The position numbers and the translations under genes were made by a program. 64,000 nt of DNA. Origin: Ignavibacteriota bacterium. GTDB lineage: Bacteria > Bacteroidota > Ignavibacteria > UBA10030 > BY39. The stretch is taken from NCBI GenBank assembly GCA_003327435.1, contig QOQV01000001.1, forward strand, positions 399,917-463,916. Direction: 5' to 3'. The notes below the pieces were generated by a model. That model did not search any database, was not told the DNA's origin, and saw only the letters and a list, made by a program, of their open reading frames with translations. Below are positions 47,427 through 58,351 of this stretch, in pieces. The first letter of the stretch is position 1; each line of letters starts with the position of its first letter.

Positions 47427-48719
47427 ATGGAAAACAAAAAATCTTTTCATGATACCATTAAAACATTTCCAGGTGTATATTGGTTAGTAATTATTTTCGA
47501 GTTTTTTGAAAGAGGCTCATACTATGGTATGATGAGTATTCTTTCAGTTTATTTCACCGATCAGCTCGGCTATAGTAAAGAAAGTGTTGGTGTTATCAAA
47601 AGTACAATTCAACCATTATTATATATCTTACCAATTCTTGCGGGTGCAATTGGAGATAGATTTGGATACAGAAAAACCTTAATGTTCGCATTTTCTTTTT
47701 TAGGGTTGGGTTATTTCCTAACCAGTCAGATGACAGATTACGCATTGGTATTTGGTAGTTTAGTTATTATGGGTATTGGTGCAGGTGCATTTAAACCAAT
47801 TATATCCGGAACAATAGCCAGAATTACAACTGAGCAAAATAGCACTTTAGGTTTTGGAATTTATTACTGGTCGATAAACTTAGGCGCCTTCCTTTTCCCC
47901 TTAATACTGGTTCCATACTTAAAAAACAACTTTGGATGGAATTATGTAATACTAGCATCTGCAGTTTTTACAGCTGCAATGTTAGTTCCAACTTTTATTT
48001 GGTATAAGGAACCACCCAAACCAGCTAGTACTAAAAATTTCTTGCAAGTTCTCAAGGATATGGTAATGGTTCTTACCGACTTTAAATTTATCGGTTTGAT
48101 TGTCATTTATTCAGGATTCTGGATACTTTATTTCCAGATGTTTGATTCAGTGTTATGGTACGTTAAAGATTATGTAGATGCGACAAAATTAAACAATTTC
48201 ATAAACACGGTCCTGCAAGCATTTGGAATTAACCTTAACTGGAGATTCGATATCGAACATGTAACGGTGATAAATGCTGGAACTATTATTTTTCTTCAAA
48301 TGATTGTGTCAAATATCGTAAAAAATACAAAAGCATTACCAACAATGATTGCTGGAATATCAATGGGCACAATCGGTATGGCAATTCTGGCAATTTCAAC
48401 AGATATCTGGGTATTTATCATTGGTATTATGATTTTTTCAATTGGAGAAATGACCGCACATCCTAAATTCATCAGTTATGTTGGTTTAATAGCACCTCCG
48501 GATAAAAAAGCGACATATCTCGGTTATGCATTTTTATACGGCGTTATAGGTTCTTCCATCGGTGGAATCTTAGGAGCAAATATGTATGTGCATTTTGTAG
48601 ATAATTTAAAAGACCCCAAAACACTCTGGATACTATTTAGCTTGATTGGTGTTATAACAATTATTGGTTTATTATTATACAATAAATTTATCTCTCCAAA
48701 ATTGGGACACAGTCATTAA
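47427..48719 (+). CDS. POT/PTR2-family proton-dependent oligopeptide transporter (MFS)
   Basis: 430 aa, about 12 TM; POT signature FEFFERGSYYGM (ExxERxxYYG). Confidence 0.8.
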   Translation: MENKKSFHDTIKTFPGVYWLVIIFEFFERGSYYGMMSILSVYFTDQLGYSKESVGVIKSTIQPLLYILPILAGAIGDRFGYRKTLMFAFSFLGLGYFLTSQMTDYALVFGSLVIMGIGAGAFKPIISGTIARITTEQNSTLGFGIYYWSINLGAFLFPLILVPYLKNNFGWNYVILASAVFTAAMLVPTFIWYKEPPKPASTKNFLQVLKDMVMVLTDFKFIGLIVIYSGFWILYFQMFDSVLWYVKDYVDATKLNNFINTVLQAFGINLNWRFDIEHVTVINAGTIIFLQMIVSNIVKNTKALPTMIAGISMGTIGMAILAISTDIWVFIIGIMIFSIGEMTAHPKFISYVGLIAPPDKKATYLGYAFLYGVIGSSIGGILGANMYVHFVDNLKDPKTLWILFSLIGVITIIGLLLYNKFISPKLGHSH

Positions 48720-48780
48720 GGCCGATACCAAATGGCGTGTTACAACACATTTGCCTTATTTGAAATTTTTTCGTACCTTT

Positions 48781-48799
48781 ATTTAGAATCATTCTAAAT
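48781..48799. promoter_or_regulatory. Candidate Fur-family box (7-1-7 inverted repeat) immediately upstream of fur
   Basis: ATTTAGAAT-c-ATTCTAAAT is a perfect 9-1-9 palindrome. The core TTAGAAT-c-ATTCTAA has the xxxxAAT-n-ATTxxxx Fur/PerR/Zur 7-1-7 architecture. It lies 11-29 nt upstream of the fur ATG at 48810. Confidence 0.45.
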
Positions 48800-48809
48800 A
48801 AGTTATATT

Positions 48810-49256
48810 ATGAATACTCCAATAGAATTTGAAATACTTAAAAAACATTTAAAAGAAAGAAATCTAAGATATACTCGTGAGAGGGAAAAAATTCTCAAAT
48901 CAGTCCTCTTTATGAAAGACCACTTCAATGCTGAAGAACTCTACATAACACTTAAAAAACAATACAAAAATGTTGCTTTAGCAACTGTATATAATACACT
49001 GGAATTATTAACTGATTGCGGAATATTAAACCGTTATCGATTTGGAACAGATCATTATAGGTACGAAAAAACTTTAGACAAACCCAGTCACTATCACCTC
49101 ATATGTTTAAATTGTGGAAAAATCACTGAATTTAATTCCAATGATTTATCACAGATTGAAAATATTATCAGTAAAAAGAGAAATTTTTTTATCAAATATT
49201 CAAGTTTACAGATTTTTGGTATCTGCGATGAATGTCAAGAGGACTCAATAAGATGA
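48810..49256 (+). CDS. fur: Fur-family metalloregulator
   Basis: 148 aa. Winged-helix N-terminus; metal-site motifs HYHLICLNCGK and CDEC. Confidence 0.85.
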   Translation: MNTPIEFEILKKHLKERNLRYTREREKILKSVLFMKDHFNAEELYITLKKQYKNVALATVYNTLELLTDCGILNRYRFGTDHYRYEKTLDKPSHYHLICLNCGKITEFNSNDLSQIENIISKKRNFFIKYSSLQIFGICDECQEDSIR

Positions 49257-49489
49257 TCGCAAAGAAGAGCTTACAACTTTCAAAATGTAAAAAAGGTGAT
49301 AGATTACAAATTGTTTTTATTCCTGATGGTCTTCAAAGAAGTCAATTAATCAGATTTGGAATAATAGAAGGGGACATAGTTCACTGTTTGGAAAATCTGC
49401 CAGGTGGTACAACAGTCATCCAAAAAAATCGACAGGAAATTGCAATAGGATATAAATTTGCAAACAAGATAATAGTGACGAAAATATAA
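49232..49489 (+). CDS. feoA: Ferrous iron transport protein A (FeoA); likely true start at 49253, overlapping the fur stop as ATGA
   Basis: SH3-like small protein directly upstream of feoB. The ATG at 49253 overlaps the fur TGA. Confidence 0.75.
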   Translation: MSRGLNKMIAKKSLQLSKCKKGDRLQIVFIPDGLQRSQLIRFGIIEGDIVHCLENLPGGTTVIQKNRQEIAIGYKFANKIIVTKI

Positions 49490-51361
49490 ATGAATCAAAA
49501 TACAAACCATATTGAACATCACAAACACATTAGTGAAACTACCATAATCACAGAGTCATCAAATAAAAAACTGGTTCTCGTGGGTAATCCAAATGTTGGA
49601 AAATCTGTAATTTTTAATTATTTAAGCGGAATTTATGTTGATGTATCCAATTTCCCGGGCACAACAATCGAAATTACAAAGGGTAAATACTTAAATTATG
49701 ATGTTTACGACACACCTGGAATTTATGGTGTTTCTTCATTTAACGATGAGGAAAGAGTTGCAAGGGATATAATAATTGATGCTGACATCATCCTTAATAT
49801 AGTAGATAGTGTCCACCTCGAAAGAGATTTGTTCCTAACACAACAACTCATAGATATGGGGAAAAAATTGGTAGTTGTTTTAAACTTTATGGACGAAGTT
49901 AAAAAACATCATATAAAAATTGATATAGATAAATTATCCGAATTATTGGGAGTCCCAGTTGTTCCAACATCTGCTATAAAGAGAGAGGGTTTTGACAAAC
50001 TTACTCAAACAATAGAAAGCGCATGTTATGGCAAACAGGATCCACACTTACATTCACAACTACACAGTATGCTTAGATTGGTTGGTTCACAAGCTGAAGC
50101 CCTCCTTATACTGGAAGGTGACGAATACATCAGCAAGAAACACGGCATCAATCCTATAAATATGCGCGAAGAGATATACATAGAAAGAAGAAATCGTGTA
50201 AACAACATAATCAATCAGGTACTTACGGAGGCATCAATTAGAAAAAAAATTTCTACAACTATTGGTAGATGGACATTGAATCCTTTTACAGGAATACCAA
50301 TATTATTGCTGATTTTATATTTCGCATATCTTTTTCTTGGAAAATTAGTTGCGCAGGATTTGGTGGGTTTTACGGAAACATACTTTGGACACGAACTATG
50401 GGAAAATTGGATATGCAAAATAGTAAATCAGGTGATTTCTCAGGAAACAATAATAGGACAAATTTTAGTTGGAGAATTTGGTATTTTAACGATGACAGTC
50501 ACTTACTTAGTTTTTCTTTTACTTCCTCTGGTCTTCGCATTTTACATATTACTTTCTTTATTAGAAGACACGGGATATTTACCACGACTTGCAACAATGG
50601 TTGATCGAAGTATGACATACCTTGGTTTGAATGGTAGAGCAATAATACCTTTAATTCTCGGTTTTGGGTGTGTATCGGCAGCAACTATCACTACCCGGCT
50701 TTTATCAAATGAAAGAGAAAAGACGATAGCAACTGCGATACTTCAATTTGTGATTCCCTGTTCTGCACAACTTGCTGTTATAACTGCATTATTGATGAGC
50801 GCCGGATTTAAAGCATTGCTTATATATGTGATTGTAATATTTTCAGTCCTAGTTGTGATTGGGACAGTTCTAAATAAATTTCTAAAAGGCGAAGCGAGTC
50901 CTTTATTAATAAACTTACCACCTCTTCGATTACCACAAGTAAACAATGTACTGCAAAAAACCATGATTAAAACTTTTGCTTTTATGAAAGAAGCAACACC
51001 ATGGTTCTTCTTAGGTGCAGCAATTATCGGGACAATGCAAGCGACTGGTTTATTAGATTTATGGCAAAAAGCATTAGCTCCATTAACACAACATTGGTTG
51101 AAGCTTCCAGTTGAAACAGCCACTGCATTTGTAATGGGACTTGTAAGGAGGGATTTTGGTGCAGCAGGATTGTACGATATTGCTATGAACCCAATGCAAA
51201 CTACAGTCGCACTTATAACCATTACGCTATTTGTTCCCTGTATAACTTCAATTTTAATTATGTATAAAGAAAGAGGTTGGAAGACAGCAACGGTCATCTG
51301 GATTGGTACATGGATTGGTTCCTTCACGATAGGTGGATTAGTCGCACAAATAATTGTATAA
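49490..51361 (+). CDS. feoB: Ferrous iron transporter FeoB
   Basis: 623 aa. N-terminal G-domain GNPNVGKS, DTPG, NxxD (LNFMD). C-terminal polytopic permease with Gate motifs. Confidence 0.95.
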   Translation: MNQNTNHIEHHKHISETTIITESSNKKLVLVGNPNVGKSVIFNYLSGIYVDVSNFPGTTIEITKGKYLNYDVYDTPGIYGVSSFNDEERVARDIIIDADIILNIVDSVHLERDLFLTQQLIDMGKKLVVVLNFMDEVKKHHIKIDIDKLSELLGVPVVPTSAIKREGFDKLTQTIESACYGKQDPHLHSQLHSMLRLVGSQAEALLILEGDEYISKKHGINPINMREEIYIERRNRVNNIINQVLTEASIRKKISTTIGRWTLNPFTGIPILLLILYFAYLFLGKLVAQDLVGFTETYFGHELWENWICKIVNQVISQETIIGQILVGEFGILTMTVTYLVFLLLPLVFAFYILLSLLEDTGYLPRLATMVDRSMTYLGLNGRAIIPLILGFGCVSAATITTRLLSNEREKTIATAILQFVIPCSAQLAVITALLMSAGFKALLIYVIVIFSVLVVIGTVLNKFLKGEASPLLINLPPLRLPQVNNVLQKTMIKTFAFMKEATPWFFLGAAIIGTMQATGLLDLWQKALAPLTQHWLKLPVETATAFVMGLVRRDFGAAGLYDIAMNPMQTTVALITITLFVPCITSILIMYKERGWKTATVIWIGTWIGSFTIGGLVAQIIV

Positions 51362-51548
51362 CATGAAAATAAATATTGAAAAAAAATCTTTGCTAGAGGT
51401 CAGAACCTGTGATAAGTGTAAGCTAAATATTGAAAATCCGTTTATTACAAAATGCCCGAGGTGCTTTAACCAATTGCCCAAATTAGAAACCGATTGCAGT
51501 GTTTGTCAGCATAAAAATAATTGCTCAATTATTAAACTAATTAAATGA
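51354..51548 (+). CDS. Cys-rich (zinc-ribbon-like) micro-protein downstream of feoB; likely start at the ATG at 51363, right after the feoB stop
   Basis: About 61-64 aa with CDKC...CPRC...CSVC plus NNC (7 Cys) and no TM segment. Confidence 0.45.
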   Translation: MYNMKINIEKKSLLEVRTCDKCKLNIENPFITKCPRCFNQLPKLETDCSVCQHKNNCSIIKLIK

Positions 51549-51667
51549 TTTTTAAAAATTTTTTCAAAGTTATTTTAAAAATTTATATATTAATTAAACA
51601 CGAAAATATAAAATTATTTGCGTCACGATTAAAATTTTTTTTTGATTCGTAACTACTTTAAAACCTC

Positions 51668-51696
51668 TTGACATTTATAAAAAAATACTTTATAAT
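51668..51696 (+). promoter_or_regulatory. Consensus sigma70 promoter for the DUF59 gene
   Basis: TTGACA (51668-73), 17-nt spacer, TATAAT (51691-96); 27 nt upstream of the ATG at 51723. Confidence 0.6.
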
Positions 51697-51722
51697 TAGC
51701 AAGATTAAAATTAAGGCAAAAT

Positions 51723-52049
51723 ATGGATAATGAAAACAACAATAATTTACAAGTCACAGAAGAAGTAGTATATAATGCTTTAAGAGAATGTTATGATCCT
51801 GAAATTCCGGTAAACATTGTAGATTTAGGTTTAGTTTATGATGTCAAGATAATAGATGACTGGGTAGGTGTTAAAATGACATTAACAGCGCCTGGATGTC
51901 CAGCTCATACATGGATTTCACAAAATGTCAGGAACAGGTTACTTCAGATACCAGGTATCAAGGAAGCTGATGTTAGAATTGTTTGGGAACCAATGTGGAA
52001 TCCAGGTATGATGTCTGAAGATGCGAAAAAGATTTTAGGAATTCCATAA
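51723..52049 (+). CDS. DUF59/MIP18-family Fe-S cluster assembly protein (SufT-like)
   Basis: 108 aa; YDPEIPVNIVDLGLVYDV motif with conserved Cys (TAPGCPA). Confidence 0.75.
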   Translation: MDNENNNNLQVTEEVVYNALRECYDPEIPVNIVDLGLVYDVKIIDDWVGVKMTLTAPGCPAHTWISQNVRNRLLQIPGIKEADVRIVWEPMWNPGMMSEDAKKILGIP

Positions 52050-52070
52050 TAAGCGTTTTACTAAATTAAC

Positions 52071-52155
52071 AAGCCCGGTGGATCCCATATCTGGGTGAGG
52101 GTACGGTTTCGCCTCCCGCCTACCCTCTAACAATTCATCGGGCTTCCCCTTTTTT
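52071..52155 (+). terminator. GC-rich compound stem-loop element followed by a T6 run (atypical intrinsic terminator or small structured RNA)
   Basis: Outer 7-bp stem aagcccg(52071-77)/cgggctt(52139-45) encloses hairpin ccca/tggg (52084-95) and a 10-bp bulged hairpin gagggtacgg...ccg..taccctc (52097-52127). It is followed by cccc tttttt (52146-55). Local GC is far above the window average. Confidence 0.45.
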
Positions 52156-53248
52156 ACACATTAAATCTAAAATATAAAATATCTCCGTCCTGCACTATAT
52201 AATCTTTCCCATGAACTTCTAAGAGTCCTTTTTCTTTTAGTAAACTCTCTGATTTAATTTGAATCAAATCCTTGTATTTCACAACTTCAACTTTTATAAA
52301 TCCTTTTTCAAAATCTGAATGTATTTTACCACCAGCTTTGGGTGCTCGTGTCCCTTTCCTAACTGTCCAGGCTCTTAACTCCTTCTCATTATGTGTGTAA
52401 AAAGTAATTAAATCCAATATAAAATACCCTTGCTTAATAATTTTATCTAAACTTGATTCTCTGATACCCAAATCATTCAAAAATTTTTCTCTTTCTTCGT
52501 AATTCATATCAGCAATTTCACATTCCATTTCACCATCAACGACTATGACAGTAGATCCTCTATGAACAGCTAATTCTTCAACAATCCTTATATAATCATT
52601 TCCGTACAACAAACCATCTTCATCTGAATTTGCTATAAACATTACCGGTTTAGAAGTCAAAAGTTGAAATGTACATGCTAATTCTTTTTCCTCATCATCT
52701 AAATTTAACATCCTTGCAAGTTTTCCTGTTGATAAGTGTTCTTTTAATTTTTTACAAACTTCTATATTATGTTTAATTTTTTTGTCACCAGATTTTGCTT
52801 GTCGTTCAAAATCGCTTAAATTTTTCTCAATTGTCTCAATATCCTTTAAAATCAACTCTGTTTCGACTATCTCAATGTCTCTTTTGGGATCTACACTACC
52901 ATAGGAATGAACTACGTTATCATTCTTAAAACATCTAACTACATGAGCGATTGCATCAACTTCCCGAATGTGTGATAGAAATTGATTTCCTAAACCTTCC
53001 CCTTTACTGGCTCCCTTTACAAGTCCAGCTATATCTACAAATTCCAGAATAGTTGGAATAACTTTGGGAGGTTTAATAATTTTTTCAAGTTCATTAAGTC
53101 GCTCATCTGGGACATTGACAACTCCAATATGTGGTTCTTTAGTAGTAAATGGGAAATTTCCGATTAAAGAATTTGCTGAAGTTATAGCATTAAATATTGT
53201 TGATTTACCAACATTTGGTAAACCAACTATTCCACATTTAAATCCCAT
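52154..53248 (-). CDS. ychF: Ribosome-binding ATPase YchF
   Basis: 364 aa; G1 motif VGLPNVGKST; C-terminal TGS domain. Confidence 0.95.
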   Translation of the reverse strand: MGFKCGIVGLPNVGKSTIFNAITSANSLIGNFPFTTKEPHIGVVNVPDERLNELEKIIKPPKVIPTILEFVDIAGLVKGASKGEGLGNQFLSHIREVDAIAHVVRCFKNDNVVHSYGSVDPKRDIEIVETELILKDIETIEKNLSDFERQAKSGDKKIKHNIEVCKKLKEHLSTGKLARMLNLDDEEKELACTFQLLTSKPVMFIANSDEDGLLYGNDYIRIVEELAVHRGSTVIVVDGEMECEIADMNYEEREKFLNDLGIRESSLDKIIKQGYFILDLITFYTHNEKELRAWTVRKGTRAPKAGGKIHSDFEKGFIKVEVVKYKDLIQIKSESLLKEKGLLEVHGKDYIVQDGDILYFRFNV

Positions 53249-53300
53249 AAAAAACCTTTAAATTATTTTATTATCCTGAAGCTTTATATTTGAATCTAAT

Positions 53301-54398
53301 TTATGCTTTAAAATTTTGAACTTCTTCAAGCAGTGTACTTACTATATCTTCTTCTTTGATTTTTTTAATCATCTCGCCTTTACGGTAAAGAATTGCCACA
53401 CCCTTACCAGCAGCAATCCCAATATCAGCTTCACTTGCCTCTCCAGGTCCGTTGACAACGCAACCCAGGATTGCAATTTTTATTGGTTTTTTCTCATTGG
53501 CTAATTTTTCTTCGAGCTCACCAACAATTTTAAACAGATCCACTTCCAATCTCCCACAGGTTGGGCATGCAATCAACTCAATATTTCTGGAGGCAAGACT
53601 TAATGAGCGAAGAATTTCTTTACCAACTTCCACTTCCTTAACTGGATCATCTGTTAATGAAACCCGAATTGTATCTCCAATACCTTCAGCCAGTAGAGTA
53701 CCAATTCCAATGGCTGATTTGATAGTACCTGATTTTGTTGGACCGGCTTCGGTGACACCAAGATGCAACGGTAAATCTGTCTTTTCAGCAATAAGACGGT
53801 AAGCTTCAATCATCAATTTAACATCAGTTGATTTAACTGAGACGACTACATCATGGAAATCGAATTCTTCACAAATTTTAATGTGCCTCAGGGCACTTTC
53901 ATATAAAGCTTCAGCGGTTGGATAACCATACTTGTTTAAAATATCTTCTTCCAGGGAACCGGAATTTACACCAATTCTAATGGGAATACCTCTGGATTTA
54001 GCAGCATCCAGTACCTGTTTTATTCGATCCTTTGAGCCAATGTTACCCGGGTTAATTCTTACTTTTGCTACACCTGCCTCAATCGCCTGTAATGCAAAGA
54101 TATGATTAAAATGAATATCTGCAACAATTGGTATAGGTGATTTCATCACGATCTTTGGCATTGCTTTAGCAGCATCTTTATCATTAACAGTCACGCGAAT
54201 AATATCGCAGCCAGCTTCTGCTGCTTCTTTAATTTGTTTGACAGTTGCTTCAATATCAGATGTTTTTGTTTTAGTCATTGTTTGGACAGAGATCGGGGCA
54301 TCTCCACCAATTTTAACTCCACCTACATTTACCTGTCGAGACTTTCGTCTAATTCCAACTTTATATGTTTGGTGATTAATGTTTTGTTCTTTAATCAT
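53301..54398 (-). CDS. ispG: 4-hydroxy-3-methylbut-2-en-1-yl diphosphate synthase (GcpE)
   Basis: 365 aa. TIM-barrel N-domain and C-terminal 4Fe-4S domain with the CPTCGR...C...C pattern. Confidence 0.95.
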   Translation of the reverse strand: MIKEQNINHQTYKVGIRRKSRQVNVGGVKIGGDAPISVQTMTKTKTSDIEATVKQIKEAAEAGCDIIRVTVNDKDAAKAMPKIVMKSPIPIVADIHFNHIFALQAIEAGVAKVRINPGNIGSKDRIKQVLDAAKSRGIPIRIGVNSGSLEEDILNKYGYPTAEALYESALRHIKICEEFDFHDVVVSVKSTDVKLMIEAYRLIAEKTDLPLHLGVTEAGPTKSGTIKSAIGIGTLLAEGIGDTIRVSLTDDPVKEVEVGKEILRSLSLASRNIELIACPTCGRLEVDLFKIVGELEEKLANEKKPIKIAILGCVVNGPGEASEADIGIAAGKGVAILYRKGEMIKKIKEEDIVSTLLEEVQNFKA

Positions 54399-54410
54399 TA
54401 AATATTCTCT

Positions 54411-55313
54411 TTATAATTTTTTGCTTGCTTCGTATAAAATCTTCTTCTCTTCTTCAGTTAAATTTTGATATCCAACTTTCCCAATTTTATCTAAAATCTC
54501 ATCCAGTTTCTTTTGTAGTTCCTCAGGCTCAATATTATTTAAGTCAAAGTACTTGGCTTCAGATATTTCATCTGCTTTTCGCTGAGTAAAACGATCCGGT
54601 TTCTGATAAATTTTTAGAAAATCTTTCGCATAGTGATATATTTTATATTTGTATTTTTCCAAAACTAAAAGCAAATAACCACCAGCTGCTCCACCAAGAT
54701 GTGCAAAGTGTGCGATTCCGTCCTGGGTTCCAGTTACACCCGCAAATATTTCAAGGCCTATAAACAACATGACGAAATATTTTGCACGAATTGGAAACAA
54801 AAAATATAAATATATCTGCCTATTTGGAAATATAACTCCATAAGCCAGGAGTATTCCGTAAACAGCCCCTGATGCACCGATAGTTGCACCATCCTGTCCA
54901 AAAATAGGACCAAAGATTAGATTACTAATTCCTGCAATTATCCCACAGGCGATATAATAAAACAAAAAGCGTTTTGAGCCCCAATTATTTTCCAGTTCCA
55001 TCCCAAACATCCATAAAGCGAACATATTCAGGAATAAATGCATAAATCCAGCATGTAAAAACATATAAGTCAGCAATTGCCAGATATGAAAAGCAGGAAT
55101 ACCAGATATTGAAGAGAAGATTGGATAAAGAGCAAATATAGATTTTATATAATATGAAACCTGAACCCCACGAACACTAAAATAATCCATAAAATACACG
55201 AATATGAAAATGCCAGCATTGGTAAGAAGCAAAGTTTTAATAACTGGTGGGAAAAATCTGAAGCCACCAAAAAAAGAAGGACGATAATAATTGTATGTTT
55301 GATAGTATGACAA
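54411..55313 (-). CDS. Rhomboid-family intramembrane serine protease
   Basis: 300 aa. About 6 TM, GASGAVYGILLAY (GxSG) and a downstream His in AHLGGAAGG. Confidence 0.8.
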   Translation of the reverse strand: MSYYQTYNYYRPSFFGGFRFFPPVIKTLLLTNAGIFIFVYFMDYFSVRGVQVSYYIKSIFALYPIFSSISGIPAFHIWQLLTYMFLHAGFMHLFLNMFALWMFGMELENNWGSKRFLFYYIACGIIAGISNLIFGPIFGQDGATIGASGAVYGILLAYGVIFPNRQIYLYFLFPIRAKYFVMLFIGLEIFAGVTGTQDGIAHFAHLGGAAGGYLLLVLEKYKYKIYHYAKDFLKIYQKPDRFTQRKADEISEAKYFDLNNIEPEELQKKLDEILDKIGKVGYQNLTEEEKKILYEASKKL

Positions 55314-55374
55314 ATTACTATGATAGGTTTAGTTGCTGATGAATTTACAAAAAATTCATCAGCAACATTATAAG

Positions 55375-56568
55375 TTACTTATTTGTGAGAGCGGCAACTC
55401 CTGGTAAAACTTTACCTTCAAGGAATTCCAGGGATGCCCCACCACCTGTAGAAACATGTGATACAGATTTATCGAGTCCAAATTTTGCAATTGCAGCTGC
55501 CGAATCGCCACCACCGACAATTGTAGTAGCTCCATTTTTTGTGGCTGAAACAAGAGATTTAGCAATTTCATGAGTTCCAGTTGCAAAATTATCCATTTCA
55601 AAAACACCCATAGGTCCATTCCATACAATAGTCCTGGATTTCACAATCTCTTCAGAAAAGAGTCTGATTGTTTCAGGTCCTATATCCAATCCTTGCCAGC
55701 CTGGTTTTATTTCAGAAATTTTGACTATTTGTTTCTGAGCTTCATTTTTAAATTCATTTGCAATTACACAATCTACTGGTAAGAGAAATTTAATTTTCTT
55801 ATTTGTAATCTCAGAAAGTATCGATTTCGCAAGATCCAGTTTATCAGTTTCAACTAGAGAATTACCAACCTCAAAGCCCTGTGCTTTGAAGAAGGTATAT
55901 GCCATACCACCACCTATAATAAGTGTATCTACTTTATTCATCAGATTTTGGATAACATCAATTTTACCTGAGACCTTAGCTCCACCCAAGATAGCTGTAA
56001 AAGGACGGACAGGATTTTCAAGAGCTTTTCCGAGATAATTCAGTTCTTTTTGCATTAAATAACCAGCAACTGCAGGTTTTATAAATTTTGTTATTCCTTC
56101 TGTTGAAGCGTGTGCACGATGTGCACTTCCAAAGGCATCATTTACATAGATATCGCCGAGTGATGCCAGTTCTTTTGCAAAAGATTCGTCATTCTCCTCT
56201 TCTTCAGGATGGAAGCGCAAATTTTCGAGAAGCAAACAATCACCGTCGTTTAAGCTTGCAACAGCTTTTTTAGCATTCTCTCCAATACAATCACTTGCAA
56301 ATTTTACTTCTATTCCTAAAAGTTCTGATGCTTTTTTTGCCACTGGAAGAAGAGAATACTTCGCATCTGGTTTACCTTTAGGTCTACCAAGGTGGCTCAT
56401 TAAGATTGCTCTGCCACCTTCTGATAAAATTTTCTTTATTGTAGGTAGCGATTCAATAATGCGTGTACTATCCGTAACAACTCCATTCTCGATTGGAACA
56501 TTAAAATCTACTCTAACCAGTACATTCTTCGACTTCAACTTAACATCATCAATTGTCATTTTATTCAT
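55375..56568 (-). CDS. pgk: Phosphoglycerate kinase
   Basis: 397 aa; PGK signature RVDFNVP and hinge/ATP motifs. Confidence 0.95.
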   Translation of the reverse strand: MNKMTIDDVKLKSKNVLVRVDFNVPIENGVVTDSTRIIESLPTIKKILSEGGRAILMSHLGRPKGKPDAKYSLLPVAKKASELLGIEVKFASDCIGENAKKAVASLNDGDCLLLENLRFHPEEEENDESFAKELASLGDIYVNDAFGSAHRAHASTEGITKFIKPAVAGYLMQKELNYLGKALENPVRPFTAILGGAKVSGKIDVIQNLMNKVDTLIIGGGMAYTFFKAQGFEVGNSLVETDKLDLAKSILSEITNKKIKFLLPVDCVIANEFKNEAQKQIVKISEIKPGWQGLDIGPETIRLFSEEIVKSRTIVWNGPMGVFEMDNFATGTHEIAKSLVSATKNGATTIVGGGDSAAAIAKFGLDKSVSHVSTGGGASLEFLEGKVLPGVAALTNK

Positions 56569-56592
56569 AGCACTCTCCGAATTATTATCTGC

Positions 56593-57591
<999 letters not shown>

Positions 57592-57685
57592 TTACTCCAA
57601 TTTTTTTACTGAAATGTTTGTTGAAAATTTATTTAGTTAAAAATCTTTCTAAATTTAGCAATAATTGTTAAGAAAGGCAAATAAT

Positions 57686-58351
57686 TTATTCGGCAGGTTT
57701 TATACAATCAGGATTATCATTAGATGGAGAATTAACCAATTTAGAAACTTTGTAATAAGTCATTTCTTCATCAGGATAAGGTTTTAAAAGTTTAAGTAAA
57801 CTTTTTTCATCTGAATATGAATAATTCAACCAGAGCTGATAATCAGATTTGTTTAAAATAGCTGGCATTCTATTATGAATTTTTTCTACAAGTCGATTTG
57901 GTTCTACAGTAATAATTGTACAAGAATATATTATTTCACCTTCAGGACTATTCCACATGCTCCATAATCCTGCAAATCCAAATGGCTTTTTAGTTTTCAT
58001 GCAAAAATAATATGGATTTTTACCAGATGTACCCTTCTCCCACTCATAAAAACCATCAGCTATAACAATGCATCTATTCTTGCTAAATAGTTTTTTAAAA
58101 GAAATTTTTGTTGTTAGAGATTCAGCTCTGGCATTAATCATTTTATTCCCTATAGATGGATCTTTAGCCCAGAATGGTACCAACCCCCACTTAAAAAGTT
58201 TTAAATACCTTTTTCCTTCATACACTACAACAGGTACATTTTGAGATGGGGCTATATTATAACGAGGTTGGATTGGAATTTCTATGTTATCGATTTCAAA
58301 TTCATCCTCAATAGCCTGGATTGTACTTTTTAAAGAAAATCTTCCACACAT
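57686..58351 (-). CDS. SOS-response-associated peptidase (SRAP; YedK/HMCES family) abasic-site processing protein
   Basis: 221 aa beginning MCGRF (catalytic Cys2); SRAP fold. Confidence 0.85.
   Translation of the reverse strand: MCGRFSLKSTIQAIEDEFEIDNIEIPIQPRYNIAPSQNVPVVVYEGKRYLKLFKWGLVPFWAKDPSIGNKMINARAESLTTKISFKKLFSKNRCIVIADGFYEWEKGTSGKNPYYFCMKTKKPFGFAGLWSMWNSPEGEIIYSCTIITVEPNRLVEKIHNRMPAILNKSDYQLWLNYSYSDEKSLLKLLKPYPDEEMTYYKVSKLVNSPSNDNPDCIKPAE

Noticed and set aside
52071-52145. 75-nt GC-rich element considered as a possible tRNA
   Set aside because: It has a 7-bp closing stem, but no cloverleaf can be formed: there is no T-arm (GTTC-type loop) and no 7-nt anticodon loop with U33. It was kept as a terminator or structured element instead.
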